A DNA stretch of 64,000 nucleotides from Oikopleura dioica (GCA_907165135.1 OU015568.1:9486001-9550000); one strand, 5' to 3'; shown: positions 1 to 12,556, counted from the stretch's first letter. Numbers and translations: made by a program. Notes: a model not told the origin generated them from the sequence alone.

Positions 1-1440
1 ATCGCTATCTGAAATCGTCGCATAGCCACCTAAGATAATTTCATGCCAAAATCATTTTAGTTTCGAGAAATACCAGCTTGCTTTTTTGGCATGTTAGCTT
101 GGCGCTCCTGCTCGATCAGGCGCGCTTCTGCTTGAGCCTCTGCTCTCATGATTTCCCGGTGTCGGTCGAGTTCGATATTCCACATTCTTCTCTTTCAACG
201 ACATTTTTCAATACCCCGATAAGGCCATTGTGAATATAAAAAAAGACCGGTTCCTGAGATTCTTCGCTCGATTTGCGAAAACTTACCAAACTGGCATATT
301 TCCGCATTTTCTCACCTAGCGGGCCTTGGAGATGCCTGAGCTCCCACTCGACGAATTCTGGAATCGGCGGGGGTGGTGGTTCACTATTAATTTATTTTCT
401 CAACAATTCAGTAAAACAGTTGTAAGACAGACCTAGGTGGTGCAAAACTAGGCTCTGGTGGAGGGGCTGGCTGATCTTTTCGGAAAGAAACTGGCCCTTG
501 ATGCGGGTTGAAATCATATTTATTTTGCTGATTATTCTGATTGAAAGAATTGTTGGCATGATATGGTCCATAAAAGTGGTTGTTTGATTGGTGAAATGAT
601 CCTCCGTGAGCATCCTCCTCTTGACTCTCTTTTCCTTGATACCAGCTAGCTTGAAAATTGGGATCCATTGCATTTCTCCCTCTTGGATTTCTCCCAGGCT
701 CAGATGGATAACGATAGATGGTGTTTAGCTGTTGGGGTTGACGCGGCACCGATCCAAATCTTGGCCCCTGTCCCCGGCCCCTCAATTGAGGCATACCACC
801 GGGCCGGGCCGGTCCTGGTGGACGAACTTTTTTAAGTCTCTGGAAATGTATCAAACAATCTCTTGTCTTTAGAAATCTTGATGTTCTCTTATTCTAATCG
901 GTTTTTATATATCAATTGTTCTCAAAACTTTTCATTCAGTACTGTGCGGTGACATAACATTTGAGCAACTCCTGCAGTAGTTCATGTGAATTTCTCTGAG
1001 GAAGATAAATGTTTGAAAAGAACGCAAAAATGTTTGGAATTTCTTGATATGAATTGTATTGAATATGATTGTGAATTGAAATTTTGTGAAGTTGACCTTT
1101 GAAATTCTCTCGTAGACTCGTCCCTAAAACCGATCCTCGTATAAATAAAAATTCAGGAGAAGAACTTACCTAATCCACCGCTGCTCAAATTCGCATTCGG
1201 TCCTGGAGCTTCTGGCCTCGTCACTGGGCGCCCGCTGCCGCGAAAACTCATTCCAACATGATTTCGAGGATCGTCGCTCTTGCTCTTTTGCTGAAACTGA
1301 TTATTTTGATTCTCTCCGTATCCTCTTCGTCCTTGTCTTCCGTTATTACTATCAGGCCAAGGGCTTGCGCTCTGCGAGCCGCCTCGTCCAGGAGAACCTC
1401 TTCCTCTGTTTCCTCCGCGATTTCCACTGGGCCGCCACAT
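1..1440 (-). CDS. Uncharacterised multi-exon protein with a Gly/Arg/Asn/Gln/Pro-rich N-terminal region; 3' end runs off the window
   Basis: ORFs 1153..1440 (MWRPSGNRGGNRGRGSPGRGG) and 408..854, with a GTAAG donor near 1170. Further exon-like frames lie at about 70-380 (EPPPPPIPEFVEWEL; RRMWNIELDRHREIMRAEAQ). Exon chain not fully resolved. Confidence 0.5.
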
Positions 1441-1672
1441 TGAAAAGTGTCCGATTTCTAAAGTGAAAACTTCATGAAACTTGTTCAGCTCAAATCAAAT
1501 TATTGAAATTGACGCAATTGGAGAGTAACTGGCAGAGTAAAATTGAAGAAATGTCGAGTTAGAAAAATAAAATTGTAAAATCTACATTGACATGAAGGAG
1601 ACTACCAAAATTGTAGAACTTGAACAGACTGATTCCATCTACACAAAATTGAAAATAGAAATAAGAATTGAT

Positions 1673-2510
1673 CTAATCTTCTTTGAGACTTCCTACTTCT
1701 TCGACTTCGAGTGGGAGGCCGTGCACTGCGTAGTCGATGATGTAGCCGATGCCAAGCATGATGAAATTAACTGTAGAGATGCCAAGCGCGAGCAACATTA
1801 GCTGCCACCAGCGAGACATTAAAAGAGGCGTCTGTGCCGAACCCTCGAATATTAAAATGCTCAATTGCCACCTAAACTGGTCAGAAATGAAAGCTTCAAA
1901 AACAACTTACAGAATGAAAAATCCTAAGGAGCCGAATGATCGTTTCATCGCTTTTCCAAAACCATCCGTGTCGTGTGGCGCGAAAAAACTTTCCACAAGG
2001 GCGAAGAAAGCGGGCAACGTATACATTGTGTGCCCGTACCAGCGGGGGAACCATCTCGATCCATTGACCCAGGAGATGTTGAAATTAACAAGGAGACAGA
2101 ACCAGACTGTTGTGCAGAATGTCAAAGAGCACGGCCGGGTCACATTTACGAACAACTTTCTATTGAAAAACGATTATTTTCAAAATCAATCGAGAAAATC
2201 TTACCCTGACACTTTACGCAATCTGGAGCCCGAGTTTGATCGCCAGAACTCGTCAATTATCAGCAGAATGAAATTGATTGTTGAAAGAACAACCAAGCAA
2301 TATGATCCTTTTCGAAAATCACCTCCATATCTTCAAACGTTAATAAGTTTTGAAGTTTCTTTCTGATATCGGTTTTCTTTAGTTGACTTACTTTTTGTAT
2401 GGATTTGGCTGGGGCGTGTATTCGTTCACTAATGATGTGTATCTCAAGGCTTTAATATATGCTAGAAGAACGCTTAATCTGAAGAGCGTACGGATTATTC
2501 GACCAAACAT
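1673..2510 (-). CDS. FAR-17a/AIG1/ADTRP-family multi-pass membrane protein (4 exons)
   Basis: Splicing three GT-AG introns gives MFGRIIRTLFRL...KYGGDFRKGSYCLVVL...WFPRWYGHTMYTLPAFFALVE...LWQLSILIFEGSAQTPLL...IDYAVHG. By eye this aligns to the AIG1 motifs YGGSWKFLT, PGWLNHGMHT and LWVCWVHHVTGMWVYPFL. Confidence 0.72.
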
Positions 2511-2617
2511 ACGATTCTGAACATTTTTTTTGCAAAAAAGTTTCCATTCCAAATTTCCTTTATTATTAAATATCCGTCACACAAACAGGAAATGGCAGAC
2601 AGAAACTCTTTTTACTT

Positions 2618-5600
2618 CTACTTTTGTGAAAAGATCATTGGCGATCTACAAAGTGGACAGGTACTATTGTTACTCGTGGAAAACCACTTGTAGAGACATT
2701 CTTTGTGGAACTTCTTGCCACACGTTCTGCACGGTAATCGCGGTAATTGTTGACCTAAAAGATTTGTTCTCTCGTTGTTTTGTTGTGAGCACTGGCTACC
2801 TTTTCCGTAAATAATACTGTAGCAAATGTAACATTCTTCGAGCCCGTCAAATCGCTTGTGAAGGTTTTGCGACCATTTTCTCAGACCAGACGCGAGACCA
2901 GCCCCTGTTGCCAGCGCTTGCTCAAGTTGAAAGAGCCACAATCGCCATTCGGAAGCGTTCACGCCCACTGACTTCAACCCTACCGTTTTATAGTAAAATA
3001 TTATTCAGTCTTTTCTTATACCTTGAATAGAAGGTTGAGAGAGCGGCCAATCAACCGGAAGCGTGATCATAATTTCGACTTCCAGATCATCCCTCGTGTA
3101 AGAAGCAGAAATACTCCTCGATTTCGAGTACGGAATGCACGTGATTCCGGAAATCACCTTTACAGACTTCAGTTCTCTCGCGACAAGAAGCTGGGAAAGA
3201 TTTTGCTGCGTGTAATCCTGAATGTGACGCTGTAAGCTTCTGTTTGTCAATCCTTTTTGCCAGAGACGGACGGCACCGGGGCAACGTTGGGCGATTTCGT
3301 TTACTCCCCATAAGGACCATTGTTGAGTATTGTACTCGCTGCATCCTGAAAATCGACAGTGTGAGGACTTGATAACTGTGAAAGTCGGAAACTCGCGAGA
3401 GTGTTCATTTTAATTACCTATCGCAGTTTCTCCTCCGATTCTCATCATTTCCTTGGGTTTAATATTCTCTTCCGGCAGCAGCGGCCAAATCTGATCCAAT
3501 AACCGGTAGCAATGCTCCGAGTCCAAGAAAAAGTGAACATGACTGGGCGATCCAGACACTTGAATAATTTCCAAGCAAATGGAAACCGCAAGGACGCTTG
3601 CTCTGACTGAATTAGAATCGGTTGCGCCGTCGATTTGAGAAATTATCTTGAGCGAGTTTTCAACGTAAACGCGGGGTGGCTCCGGTGACTTTTCTTTCTG
3701 TTCGTAAAGGGCGAGGATTTTAGGGATCAGGAGCTTCAAAAAGTGATAGCTAAAAAGGGCGTTATTTCACAAGAAAGAACTTTATACAAAATGGACTTAC
3801 CCGGTCAAAGCAATGAATAAATTATCATCGGTGATGAACTTGAAGGAATGATTGATCAAAGAATTAATCTCATCCGGCAAAACATCACTGTAGTCCACAC
3901 TCAGCTTCAGCGTCGGTTCAAAGTTTTGCAACTCATCAAGGCCAATTTTGGAGATACTGTCACTCAAAGATTGCATGATCGAATAAAGAACGACTTCGGG
4001 AAAATCATTTCTGCTTGAAACCAGTTTGAAAAAAATGGTGAGGATGCTTCCAGAAATCTGAGGGACAAAGAACTCTTTCCAGGTATCGAGCATGTCTGCC
4101 GGTAAGCTTGGGTCAGCAAGAGCGCCGGGAGAGTTGAAAAACTCGGTCAGCGTAGCCAAAACTCCTAGAACTTCTTTCATGAGGCAGAGTGCTTCTATTC
4201 CAAACGTGTCTTCCATTGAGCTGAGATTTTCCAACCAACTGGTAATGTTGCAAAGCACGAAATCCCACTGTTCATTTGTCAAATCACTTCGTGCGAATTT
4301 GACGGCCGCATTCAGCAGCATCGCTAAATTTCGTTGCTGCTCGAGTTTCCAGTTTTCGATTCCATTTTCAACGACTTGCGCTAGTACCCCAATTACTCTT
4401 GAGGGGTCGTCGGAGAGTCGGCCAATGACGGCGATGTTTTCTTCCACGGAATCCAGCTCCAGATTTTCTGCTGTTAGCACTTCAGAAACCCGAATATCGA
4501 GCTCATCTTCTGATGACCCAAAACATTCTCCATCGGTATTTTTGATAAATTTAGATGCTTCGGATTCAGCAGAGGATCTGGAAGAATTGATTTCGTAGAT
4601 GAAATAAGACAATATTTCTACAGAAGACTCGTTCGAGAGTCGAATGGCTTTGAAAGCGTCTAGTGAATGAACGGAGAAATTATTAAAAGGTTTGAGATAG
4701 TCCCTGACGAGCGATGAGATTTCCTTTGTAAGCTGTGTTGACTGGAGGGAAAGGATGGCAAGTCCCTTTTCGATGAGCAGGAGAAGCAGCAAGTCTTTCG
4801 CGCACAAGTCAAAATTCTCGTCTGGGCATTGATAAACGCGACCGAAGATCTTTGAAAGTGGTGCGATTTTGGTTGAAATATTGTTTTTCATGTTAAACGC
4901 TATCGTTAAATCGTCAAATACAGCTCTTAGGAATCCAAGTACGTTTTCGTCCACGGTGAATAGCTCCTCATTATCGTCTTCGTCAAGAGTTTGATGCGAC
5001 AAGAACTTTAGTTGTTCAAAAACCCTCATGCAGCATGCATAAGACATTGTTGAAACATCAGTGTGGAAGAACTTGAGAAGTTCGTAAACGAAGCACCTGA
5101 TGACGACTTCAAAGGTTTCTGGCAAGTTTGAATGCGCAGTGTTGATTAAATTTGATAATCCCGCTTCCTCGAAGTCCCAAGTGATCGAGATAACTCGGGC
5201 GAGATTGGAGCCGATTTGCGGTAAGACGGCGACGTTTTCCGCCCGAGGGTCGTAAAGCCGGATTTCTGTCAACATCACTATTTCATCGAGTTTCGAAACT
5301 TCGGATAGCGCAAGTTCTAGTTCTGAGTTGAGCTTGTCTTTCAAGTTTACGTGACTGTATTTCAAAATCGTACCACAGCACTTTTGCCAGACACTGCTCC
5401 TCGGTCTTTGGAATAGTTTCATTGTAAAACTTTCGGCAATCGACTGGCTGTTTTGATCATCAGTAGCTTTTGAAATTTCATCGAATAGAACTTTGAGCAG
5501 TGGCTCCAATGATTCCGGTTCTGCCGCCATTTCTTCGAGAATAGAAGCGCAGGACGAAGCGGATCCGCGAGCAAGATCAAGGAGTATGTTTGAGACTCCA

Positions 5601-7511
5601 TCGAAAATGCTGGTCTTTGGCTTTGAGAATCGAAATTGATGATTCTCAGGCTCTTCTACATCCGCTTCTTCGCCTTTTTCTGTCGCTACTTCTATGATTG
5701 TTTCTTTCGCTGTTTTCTCGGCTATTTTTCGGGATAAGTTGTACTTAGGAAGAAGCCACAAAGAGACCAACTCATGATTGCGCACTAGAATATCTTCTAG
5801 TTCTGTTTTCAATCCTTGGCAATTCTCTTCGCACTCTTCGGCGATTTCGTTGTACAGGAAGTTGTAGATTGCGTTTTTGAAATCTTTGGTAGCATTTTTC
5901 GCAAGTATAATGATAATTTCGAGCTGAAGCAAGGCAAATTCAGGCTCAAGTCGATCAGATTTTGAAACCAGTATTCCAACCAAATCGATCATTTCGCGTT
6001 GAAGTCTTGAGGTTTTCGAGTCTTCTGGAGTTGAATTTTCTGTTTCTGGATTTCTATTGAACGCTACTCCCCTTGGTCGATCACAATTTACCATGTGTTT
6101 GATGAGTTCAACGCATTTCTTTACCCGCGCTGCGTTCTTGTCGGATGGATTTTCTGCAAACTCAGAAATTGTAGATTGAAAGCAGCTCTCAACTGATTCT
6201 AGCAATGCGTTGAATAAGTCTTTCTGGCTGGCTTTCCACTGCGACATCAAGTTGTAAAGAGGCTTTGCCACTTCTACTGGAGCACAGGAACCGCCATTTA
6301 TGCATTCTACCAGAAGATCGCTAACGATTTCCGCCGAGTTCTCGATAATTTGATTCACTTGCGCGTACTGTAAACATTCCAGAAGAGCTGAAACAGCTGC
6401 TTTCAGATCGATCTTTGCTTCGATTTCTTTCATTCCTGTCAAATAGTTTCCAAAGAAATTTTCAAAGAAAGGGCCTCCAGTTAAATTTGACGGAATCGTT
6501 GCAATCAGTGGAAGCATGTGAGGATAAATGAGTGTTCCGCACCCAAAACCACCTCCTCGGAGAACTGTCCAAAGACCAGGGACGAATGCTTTCAGGAAGT
6601 TCACTGCTTCAAAAACACTCGAGTCGTTTTTGGATTTCTTGAGCAAAAGCAAAACTCCTGCCCAAAGTGGCCTCACGCAGTTCGGTTCATTTTCCGCCAG
6701 GCTCGAGAGAACTGATTTTGACCATTCACTGATATGCGTTGCGTCCTCTTCTTTTAGTTTTGCAACGGCTAGTTCGAAGAAACCGGATCTGATGCTCGCT
6801 TCTTTGTGGCGAGAAAGCTTCCAGAATGACTTGGAATCGAATAAATTTGAAATATCCAGCGGCGTCTTTCCAGTGTCGTTGTATCTTGCCAGGCATCGGA
6901 GACCTTGAGAAATAAGTCGATTTACTTCGAGCTCAGAATCTATTGATCCCTTTTCCGGTTTTTTGAGCACCATTTCTGAGCAGTAAATGACCAGTTCTGA
7001 TGAGATGTGCGAAACGACTTGTTTAATTTTATCTGGGAAGATCAGATCAAGACCTTTTGAGCAAGTCGTGGAAGAGATCGAGTACTCATCAGCCGTACCG
7101 TAGATAAGTGGCGGCATGATCGACTTCAAATAAGGAGCAGATTGCTTTCCAGAAAGTTGAAGAACGCGTAAAGTGACATTGTGCGCTTGGCTTCTAACTC
7201 TTGGCTCCGGATCTGAAACTGACTTCGAGTAGTAGCGAGGCCACGCTTTCAGCATCGCAGTTATCGTCCCAGACAAATCGCTTTCCTTATCCTCCAATAT
7301 CCCAAGAATCTCTTCAGAAGCCTTGATTCGCGTCGTTGCATCTTTTTTTCGAACTCTTTCTAAACGCAACTCTCAGCCGAGGATCAAGGTCTTGGTCGAG
7401 CTGTTCTTGTCCGAAGCCAGTAAAGAATCCAGCTTGATTTTGTTCATAATTCGCGCTAGAACTTGCTGCTTTGTACTTGCTTCGCTCGGCGGTTCCTTTC
7501 TGCCGACCCAT
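2618..7511 (-). CDS. LTN1: E3 ubiquitin ligase listerin (HEAT repeats, RWD, C-terminal RING); +1 frameshift at 7343-7349
   Basis: N-terminal KAASSS...SKKDATTRIKASEE, WPRYY...DPEPRVR, PGAVRLW, RWD-like segment, and C-terminal RING ECYICYSII...CRTCGKKFHKECLYKWFSTSNNSTCPLCR. GT-AG introns near 3740-3790, 3346-3417 and 2980-3022. Confidence 0.93.
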
Positions 7512-7812
7512 TTGAACTGTCTAAAAAGAAATATATCTAGTGCTGCGATTTTGGAAGAGTCTTTCTTTCCAGTAGATTGATTACGTGGAACTAGGACATT
7601 ACTCTGATCCGGAGCGATTAATCTACACCTGAGTAGTTACGGCACCTGTTGTAAAAAGAGGTTCGAACCTTCGTGTTGCACTTCAAGCGTGACCGTCTAT
7701 CAGATATAAGCTGGAACGAGGCAGCCAGAAATCAGAATCAAACTCGAAACAGTTTCAAAAACAAAACAAAAAAAGTTTTAATTCCTTTTTTGAATTCCAA
7801 AAGAACACAAAA

Positions 7813-8853
7813 ATGAGAGTTTTTGCTCTTTTCTTCGCCTTCGCTTCGGCTTTGGACGAGATGCTCATGCTACTGATGATGCAGCAGCAACAACCGAGTG
7901 AGATGCAGAATAACCAGCTCAACACGCTTTTCCCACTTTTGATGCTAAGAGATTCGAACGGAACTGCCTTCGAGAACCAGCAGCTATTGATGATGATGTT
8001 AATGCAAAATGGAGGCCAGCCACTCGAAACCGACTCGCTTCTTCCTCTCATCATGTTGAACGACGACAGTGCCGACTTTTCCACTCTCTTCCTCGCTTTG
8101 AACATGTTCCAGCAGGATTGCGCAACTCGAACCGACACGGCCATTCAGAACCTCATGCCAATGATGCTCATGGACAATGCAGATCCCAACCACTCGCTTT
8201 TGCTCATGCTCATGTTCCAGACTATGGGCGACAATCCTCTCAGCATGGACCAAGTTATGCCTTATTTTCTCCTTCCTGACTTCCTCGACAACACCAACAC
8301 CACTGACGATTCCAACGAAGCCCTCCTCATGATGGTTCTTCTTTCCTCAATGACCGGCGGCTTGGAAACTGAGCAGGGCTTCGCTAACAGCTTCAACATG
8401 CTCCTCCCCCTTCTCCTCGCTGATGATGCAAACATCGCCGACGATGACAGTCTTCTCATCCTCATGTTGACCATGCAATCGCAGTCGCCCGAAACCGCCA
8501 TCGGCAGCAACATGATGCTTCCTCTGATGTTGATGAGCGGTGACAGCAGCAACGAAGTCCTCATGTTCTACATGATGATGCACGGAACCAAGCCCGTTTG
8601 CGAGCCCACCCCAGTCGTTCCCGAACCAGCCATTGTCTACGTTGACCGAGAAATCACGACTCCAGCGCCAACGCCAGAACCAGTCATTGTCCAGCGACCT
8701 GTTTACATCCAGCGACCTGTCTACATTGAGCGCCCTGAGCAGACCATCTACCGAACTTTCCAGCTTAACCCTGACGGAACAAAGACTCTTATCAACAGCG
8801 AGGAAGGACCAGTCCAAGGCGGTCGACCTGTTGTCGGATCTCCTGAATACTAA
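7813..8853 (+). CDS. Secreted, Met/Leu-rich repetitive protein with a Pro/Val-rich tail (single exon, 346 aa)
   Basis: Uninterrupted ORF with signal-peptide-like MRVFALFFAFASA, recurring LLPLxMx and LLMMM segments separated by acidic/Asn linkers, then PEP and RPVYI repeats. Confidence 0.8.
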   Translation: MRVFALFFAFASALDEMLMLLMMQQQQPSEMQNNQLNTLFPLLMLRDSNGTAFENQQLLMMMLMQNGGQPLETDSLLPLIMLNDDSADFSTLFLALNMFQQDCATRTDTAIQNLMPMMLMDNADPNHSLLLMLMFQTMGDNPLSMDQVMPYFLLPDFLDNTNTTDDSNEALLMMVLLSSMTGGLETEQGFANSFNMLLPLLLADDANIADDDSLLILMLTMQSQSPETAIGSNMMLPLMLMSGDSSNEVLMFYMMMHGTKPVCEPTPVVPEPAIVYVDREITTPAPTPEPVIVQRPVYIQRPVYIERPEQTIYRTFQLNPDGTKTLINSEEGPVQGGRPVVGSPEY

Positions 8854-9058
8854 GCTTCTCAACCAACCAGACTGACGATAAAATATCGAGCATCTGCCTT
8901 TTCTGCTTTCAATTTTCCAAACCATCTTCTTCCGTAATTATTTTCAGATTCCACGCACCAATTTCAATTCATTCATTCTTATCTTCCTATTTGCCATAAT
9001 ACCAAAACCAAAGAAATAAAAAAAATCAAAAATAAGTTGGGTTTTATTCGTTACTTTT

Positions 9059-10414
9059 CTATTCAAAGCAAAGTTTTCTTCGTTTCGATCGAAAAGCAGG
9101 TTTTCCCGGCCCCTTCATCGGCGACTTTCGTTTGTAAAAAGTCGAAATATTTTCGAACACTTCTTCAATATGTTTAGTAATAGCAGCAAATTCTTCATTT
9201 GGGAGTTTCTTGGCAGTGTCGGAAGTGGTTGATTCTTTCAAGTTGGTGTTTGGGAAATATTCTAAGTAAAATTGATCTTCGTCGGGGATTTCGTCTGGGA
9301 CTTTGAGAAACGAGCACATTGCGGTTATTCGCGTCCAAAGCTTTGCTGTGGCTGGAACGTTATATCCTCCGCCACCGAGGATCATCAAAGGGCAGGAAGT
9401 GGAAATGAGGTATTGGATGATGTCAAGATAGCCCTGCTGCGTCACCCTGAAGTCGAAAGAAGTTTTTTCTGGTGGTGACAACGAAGACTTACCTCAACGA
9501 TTTATGCGGATCATTGAAAAGAGCGTCGCCTCCAGCCTGGCAGACGACGTAATCCGGGTTGTAAATAGAAAAAGCTTTCTTGATCGAATACTTTGTCAAA
9601 GCAACCCATTCTTCATCCCCGATTAATTCTGGCAAAGGAATGTTCACCGCAAAAGTCGCTTTCTCTTCATCATTCGGTCCACCAGTGCCAGGAAAGAAAC
9701 CGACAGCGTAATGATGAACGGAAATCGTTAGAACTTCTGAATTCTTGAACGCTTTTTCAACCGCATCACCGTGGTGGAGATCGAGGTCAATGTACATGAT
9801 TTTCTTGCTGAAAGTCTGGAGGGTTTTGATGGCGATGACGATGTCATTGATGTAGCAAAATCCGCTGGCCTTGTTTTCAAACGCATGATGCCAGCCGCCG
9901 CACCAGTTGAGTACGATTTTTCGCTTCTTCTCGGTCAACAACCGGGCGGCGGTTAATGATGTTCCAGCGAGAAGAGAAGCACGCTCAAGAAGGTTGTCTC
10001 GCGGAGGACAATCGTATGCGAGCCCGTATTTTTCCTCGTACTCTTCGTCTTTTGATTTTTGAAGGGCAAGGAGGTATTCGTTTGAGTGGGCCAGTGACAT
10101 CGTTTTGGCTGGGCATTGGTCGACTCGGTGGATGTAAATGCGATTCAACAAGCCATATGATTTGATCAGACTGTATGTCATCTAAAAAGAGTCATCTCAA
10201 GGGTATAAAATACTAAATCTACCTGGCACCGATCTTTAGTTTTGATTGTATCATCGATCAATTCTAACTCTGCATCGGATGGATAGATCAGTCCGGTCTA
10301 AAAAGCGGACAGCTAGAGGATGATTCCAGAGGGGAGAGGTACCTGAACGAATCTCTTCGGCGATTTACTCGGGGACAGCTTTATCTGCTCCTCAATCAGC
10401 TCTGCTCTATCCAT
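9059..10414 (-). CDS. HDAC8: Histone deacetylase 8-like (class I HDAC), 4 exons
   Basis: Motifs GLAYDCP, NWCGGWHHA, SGFCYIND, YIDLDLHHGDAV, GFFPGTG, GGGGY and IPDEDQFYLEYFP, with GT-AG introns joining the frames. Confidence 0.88.
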
Positions 10415-11084
10415 GTACTTGGAATTTGCTTTTTATACCATTCTATTACTCAAAATCTAGCTTACCGCATTTTGATAGATATCATGTAAAAGTTTTGAAA
10501 ACCCCATTTTTAGTAAAGAAAAATGAAAATAAGGATGCTCAACCCTTTTTTACGCTTGGTTGAACAGATGATCCTCGGAGTCAGGTGACTTTGGAAAGTT
10601 AGAACTTCAAAAAATGGGAAATTTTATTATTTTTTATGTGGGTAATGGCGTTTGTACGAAGAGAATCGATACGAAAACTGAGTATTTTTCGAATCAATAG
10701 TGAATTTTCACAAATAAAAGCATTTTTAACTGGACAAAAGATGAAAGTTTTTGAAAGATAAAACTGTTTTAACACAAATATTCATTAGAAGCCTAGTTTG
10801 AAAAATCATAAAAGGATCAAGAAGAAATTTCTCTTCCCGAAAAGTTGAATCGACAGTGAAGTATGCTTTCAGGCACTTTCCGCTGCTGACGAATCAGAGC
10901 GCGCAGAAAATAGTCGAAGTTTGAAAAAAAGTCATTATGGTTCCTGATCGAGAGAAAAAAGGAATGGACAGAAATTCAAGATTGGAAGAGAATATGGAGA
11001 AATCGCATTTGAAATTGAAGAAAATTTCTAGATGTGACTATTTAAATTCAAATTGGGTTGCTTTCTGCTTTCGTTCGTAAAATT

Positions 11085-12556
11085 ATGAGAGTTAGTTCTG
11101 CGAATGAATCACTGCTTATGCTGCTGTTACTCTTTTTCAATCTGTCTTTTGCTTCGATTCTTCATTTCGAAGAAGACGGTGACGCCTGGGACGATACAGT
11201 TCCTTGCGACGCGCATGAGAACCCAACAGATCGCTGGGGCCTCGAAGGGACCGATATCCAGCTGGACTGTCAATGTCACAAGAAGATAAAGAAGTGGCAC
11301 GGGGCTATTTGGGCCGTCAACTTCACCAAGACCCAGGAAGAAATCAACAATCTCACCCGAAAACCGGAGAAGACAGCTTTTTATGGACCGAAAAACGGTG
11401 GCTCCAACACTCTCTCTCCCTTCATGATCGACGATCGACCCCCAAGCGACCACTATGTAAAGATTCACAAACCAAAGACAGCTAGAAATCTAACATGCCA
11501 GTTTCCGTTCACGAATTATGGCCGAGAATTCAATCAGTGTGTCGCATCTGGGAGACATAATCAGCTTTGCTGGTGCGCAACTCAACCTGGCGCTAGAATC
11601 GACGAACTTCCAACCTCCGAAACAGAACGAGGCTTCATTCCTCCTAAAGAAGGAGCGACGGCTATTCAGAAAAAGACTGTTTGGGACAATTGCCAATGCC
11701 AAAAGCACCAGAGAGGAATTCAAATTTGGACAAACGCGGAGCGAGGGAAGCCTTGGAAGCCAACTAAATGCGTCTTTCCGTTTGTTTACAGAGGGAAACT
11801 GTATGATCAGTGCATTGATTTGCCTCCCCCGAGTCCGGAAATCAACAACGCTGCGTTTTTCTGGGTCGATGTGGAAAGTGGACATGATAGTGAACTGAGT
11901 GCCGGGTCGATATTCAAAGGGTGTTACAGATTTTGTTCAGGTAATGAATAAATCTTCAATAAAATCCGGAATACATAAAAAAATCAGGTCTTTCAAGCTT
12001 CAACGACAATGGCCGCTGCGATCACTGTAATGGTTACTGTTGCTCGCTCGATCCCGTGCTCAACAACTGTCCCGAGAAGTACGTCAATTTGCTAAGAATG
12101 AAAAACGACGAACTCCCCCTTCTGAAAAAGCTCTCGACCTCAACTTTGTACTGCATTCATCAAGAAGGCTACAAATCGACAAAGTCTGGTTGTTGGTGCG
12201 GCATCAAGAGGCATGTCCGCGGATTCGACGATTGGGGCTACTGTCCGTGCGCCGAGCCGATTACTGAGGGAATCTGGCAGAATTGGTCGCAATGGTCGGA
12301 TTGCGCTAGTGACTGTTCGCGAATGAGCGTTAGATACAGAGCCTGTGCTTCCAAAAATCCGACGATAGGCTTTTCAGGTCCTTTTTTCAACCATTCCGTC
12401 TCAAACATGTTTTCAGGAAGTGCTACAGGCACGGATGTTCCAATTTGCGAAGGTCAGCACATCGTCCGACGTCAGTGCCATTGCCCAAATCACGAAACAA
12501 TCAGATCACGTGTTAAAATCCGCCAAATGGATCGCCAACTTGAGATAAAAACCTGA
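11085..12556 (+). CDS. Secreted/extracellular Cys-rich protein with two fibronectin type II-like domains and a thrombospondin type-1 repeat; may continue into the next gene
   Basis: Hydrophobic leader (LLMLLLLFFNLSFA); CQFPFTNYGREFNQC...WCAT and CVFPFVYRGKLYDQC (FN2); WQNWSQWSDCASDC...RYRAC...CEG (TSP1). GT-AG intron near 11941-11987. Confidence 0.7.

Noticed and set aside
1749-2366. 205-aa plus-strand ORF
   Set aside because: Antisense shadow of the spliced AIG1-like gene, which has family motifs and consistent splice sites on the minus strand.
3346-3417. Apparent phase conflict or GG donor in LTN1
   Set aside because: Resolved by a canonical 72-nt GT-AG intron using the TTTTCAG acceptor at 3346.
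4092-4598. 168-aa plus-strand ORF within LTN1 (and similar ORFs antisense to PFK, AARS and CHDH)
   Set aside because: Typical antisense open frames opposite long coding exons, with no motifs of their own.
7660-7669. GGTTCGAACC Pol III B-box-like motif
   Set aside because: No upstream A-box or cloverleaf could be built, so there is no support for a tRNA or SINE.
12554-12556. In-frame TGA as possible selenocysteine or readthrough
   Set aside because: The Ig motif continues in a different frame, so a 1-nt indel explains it better. No SECIS was recognised.
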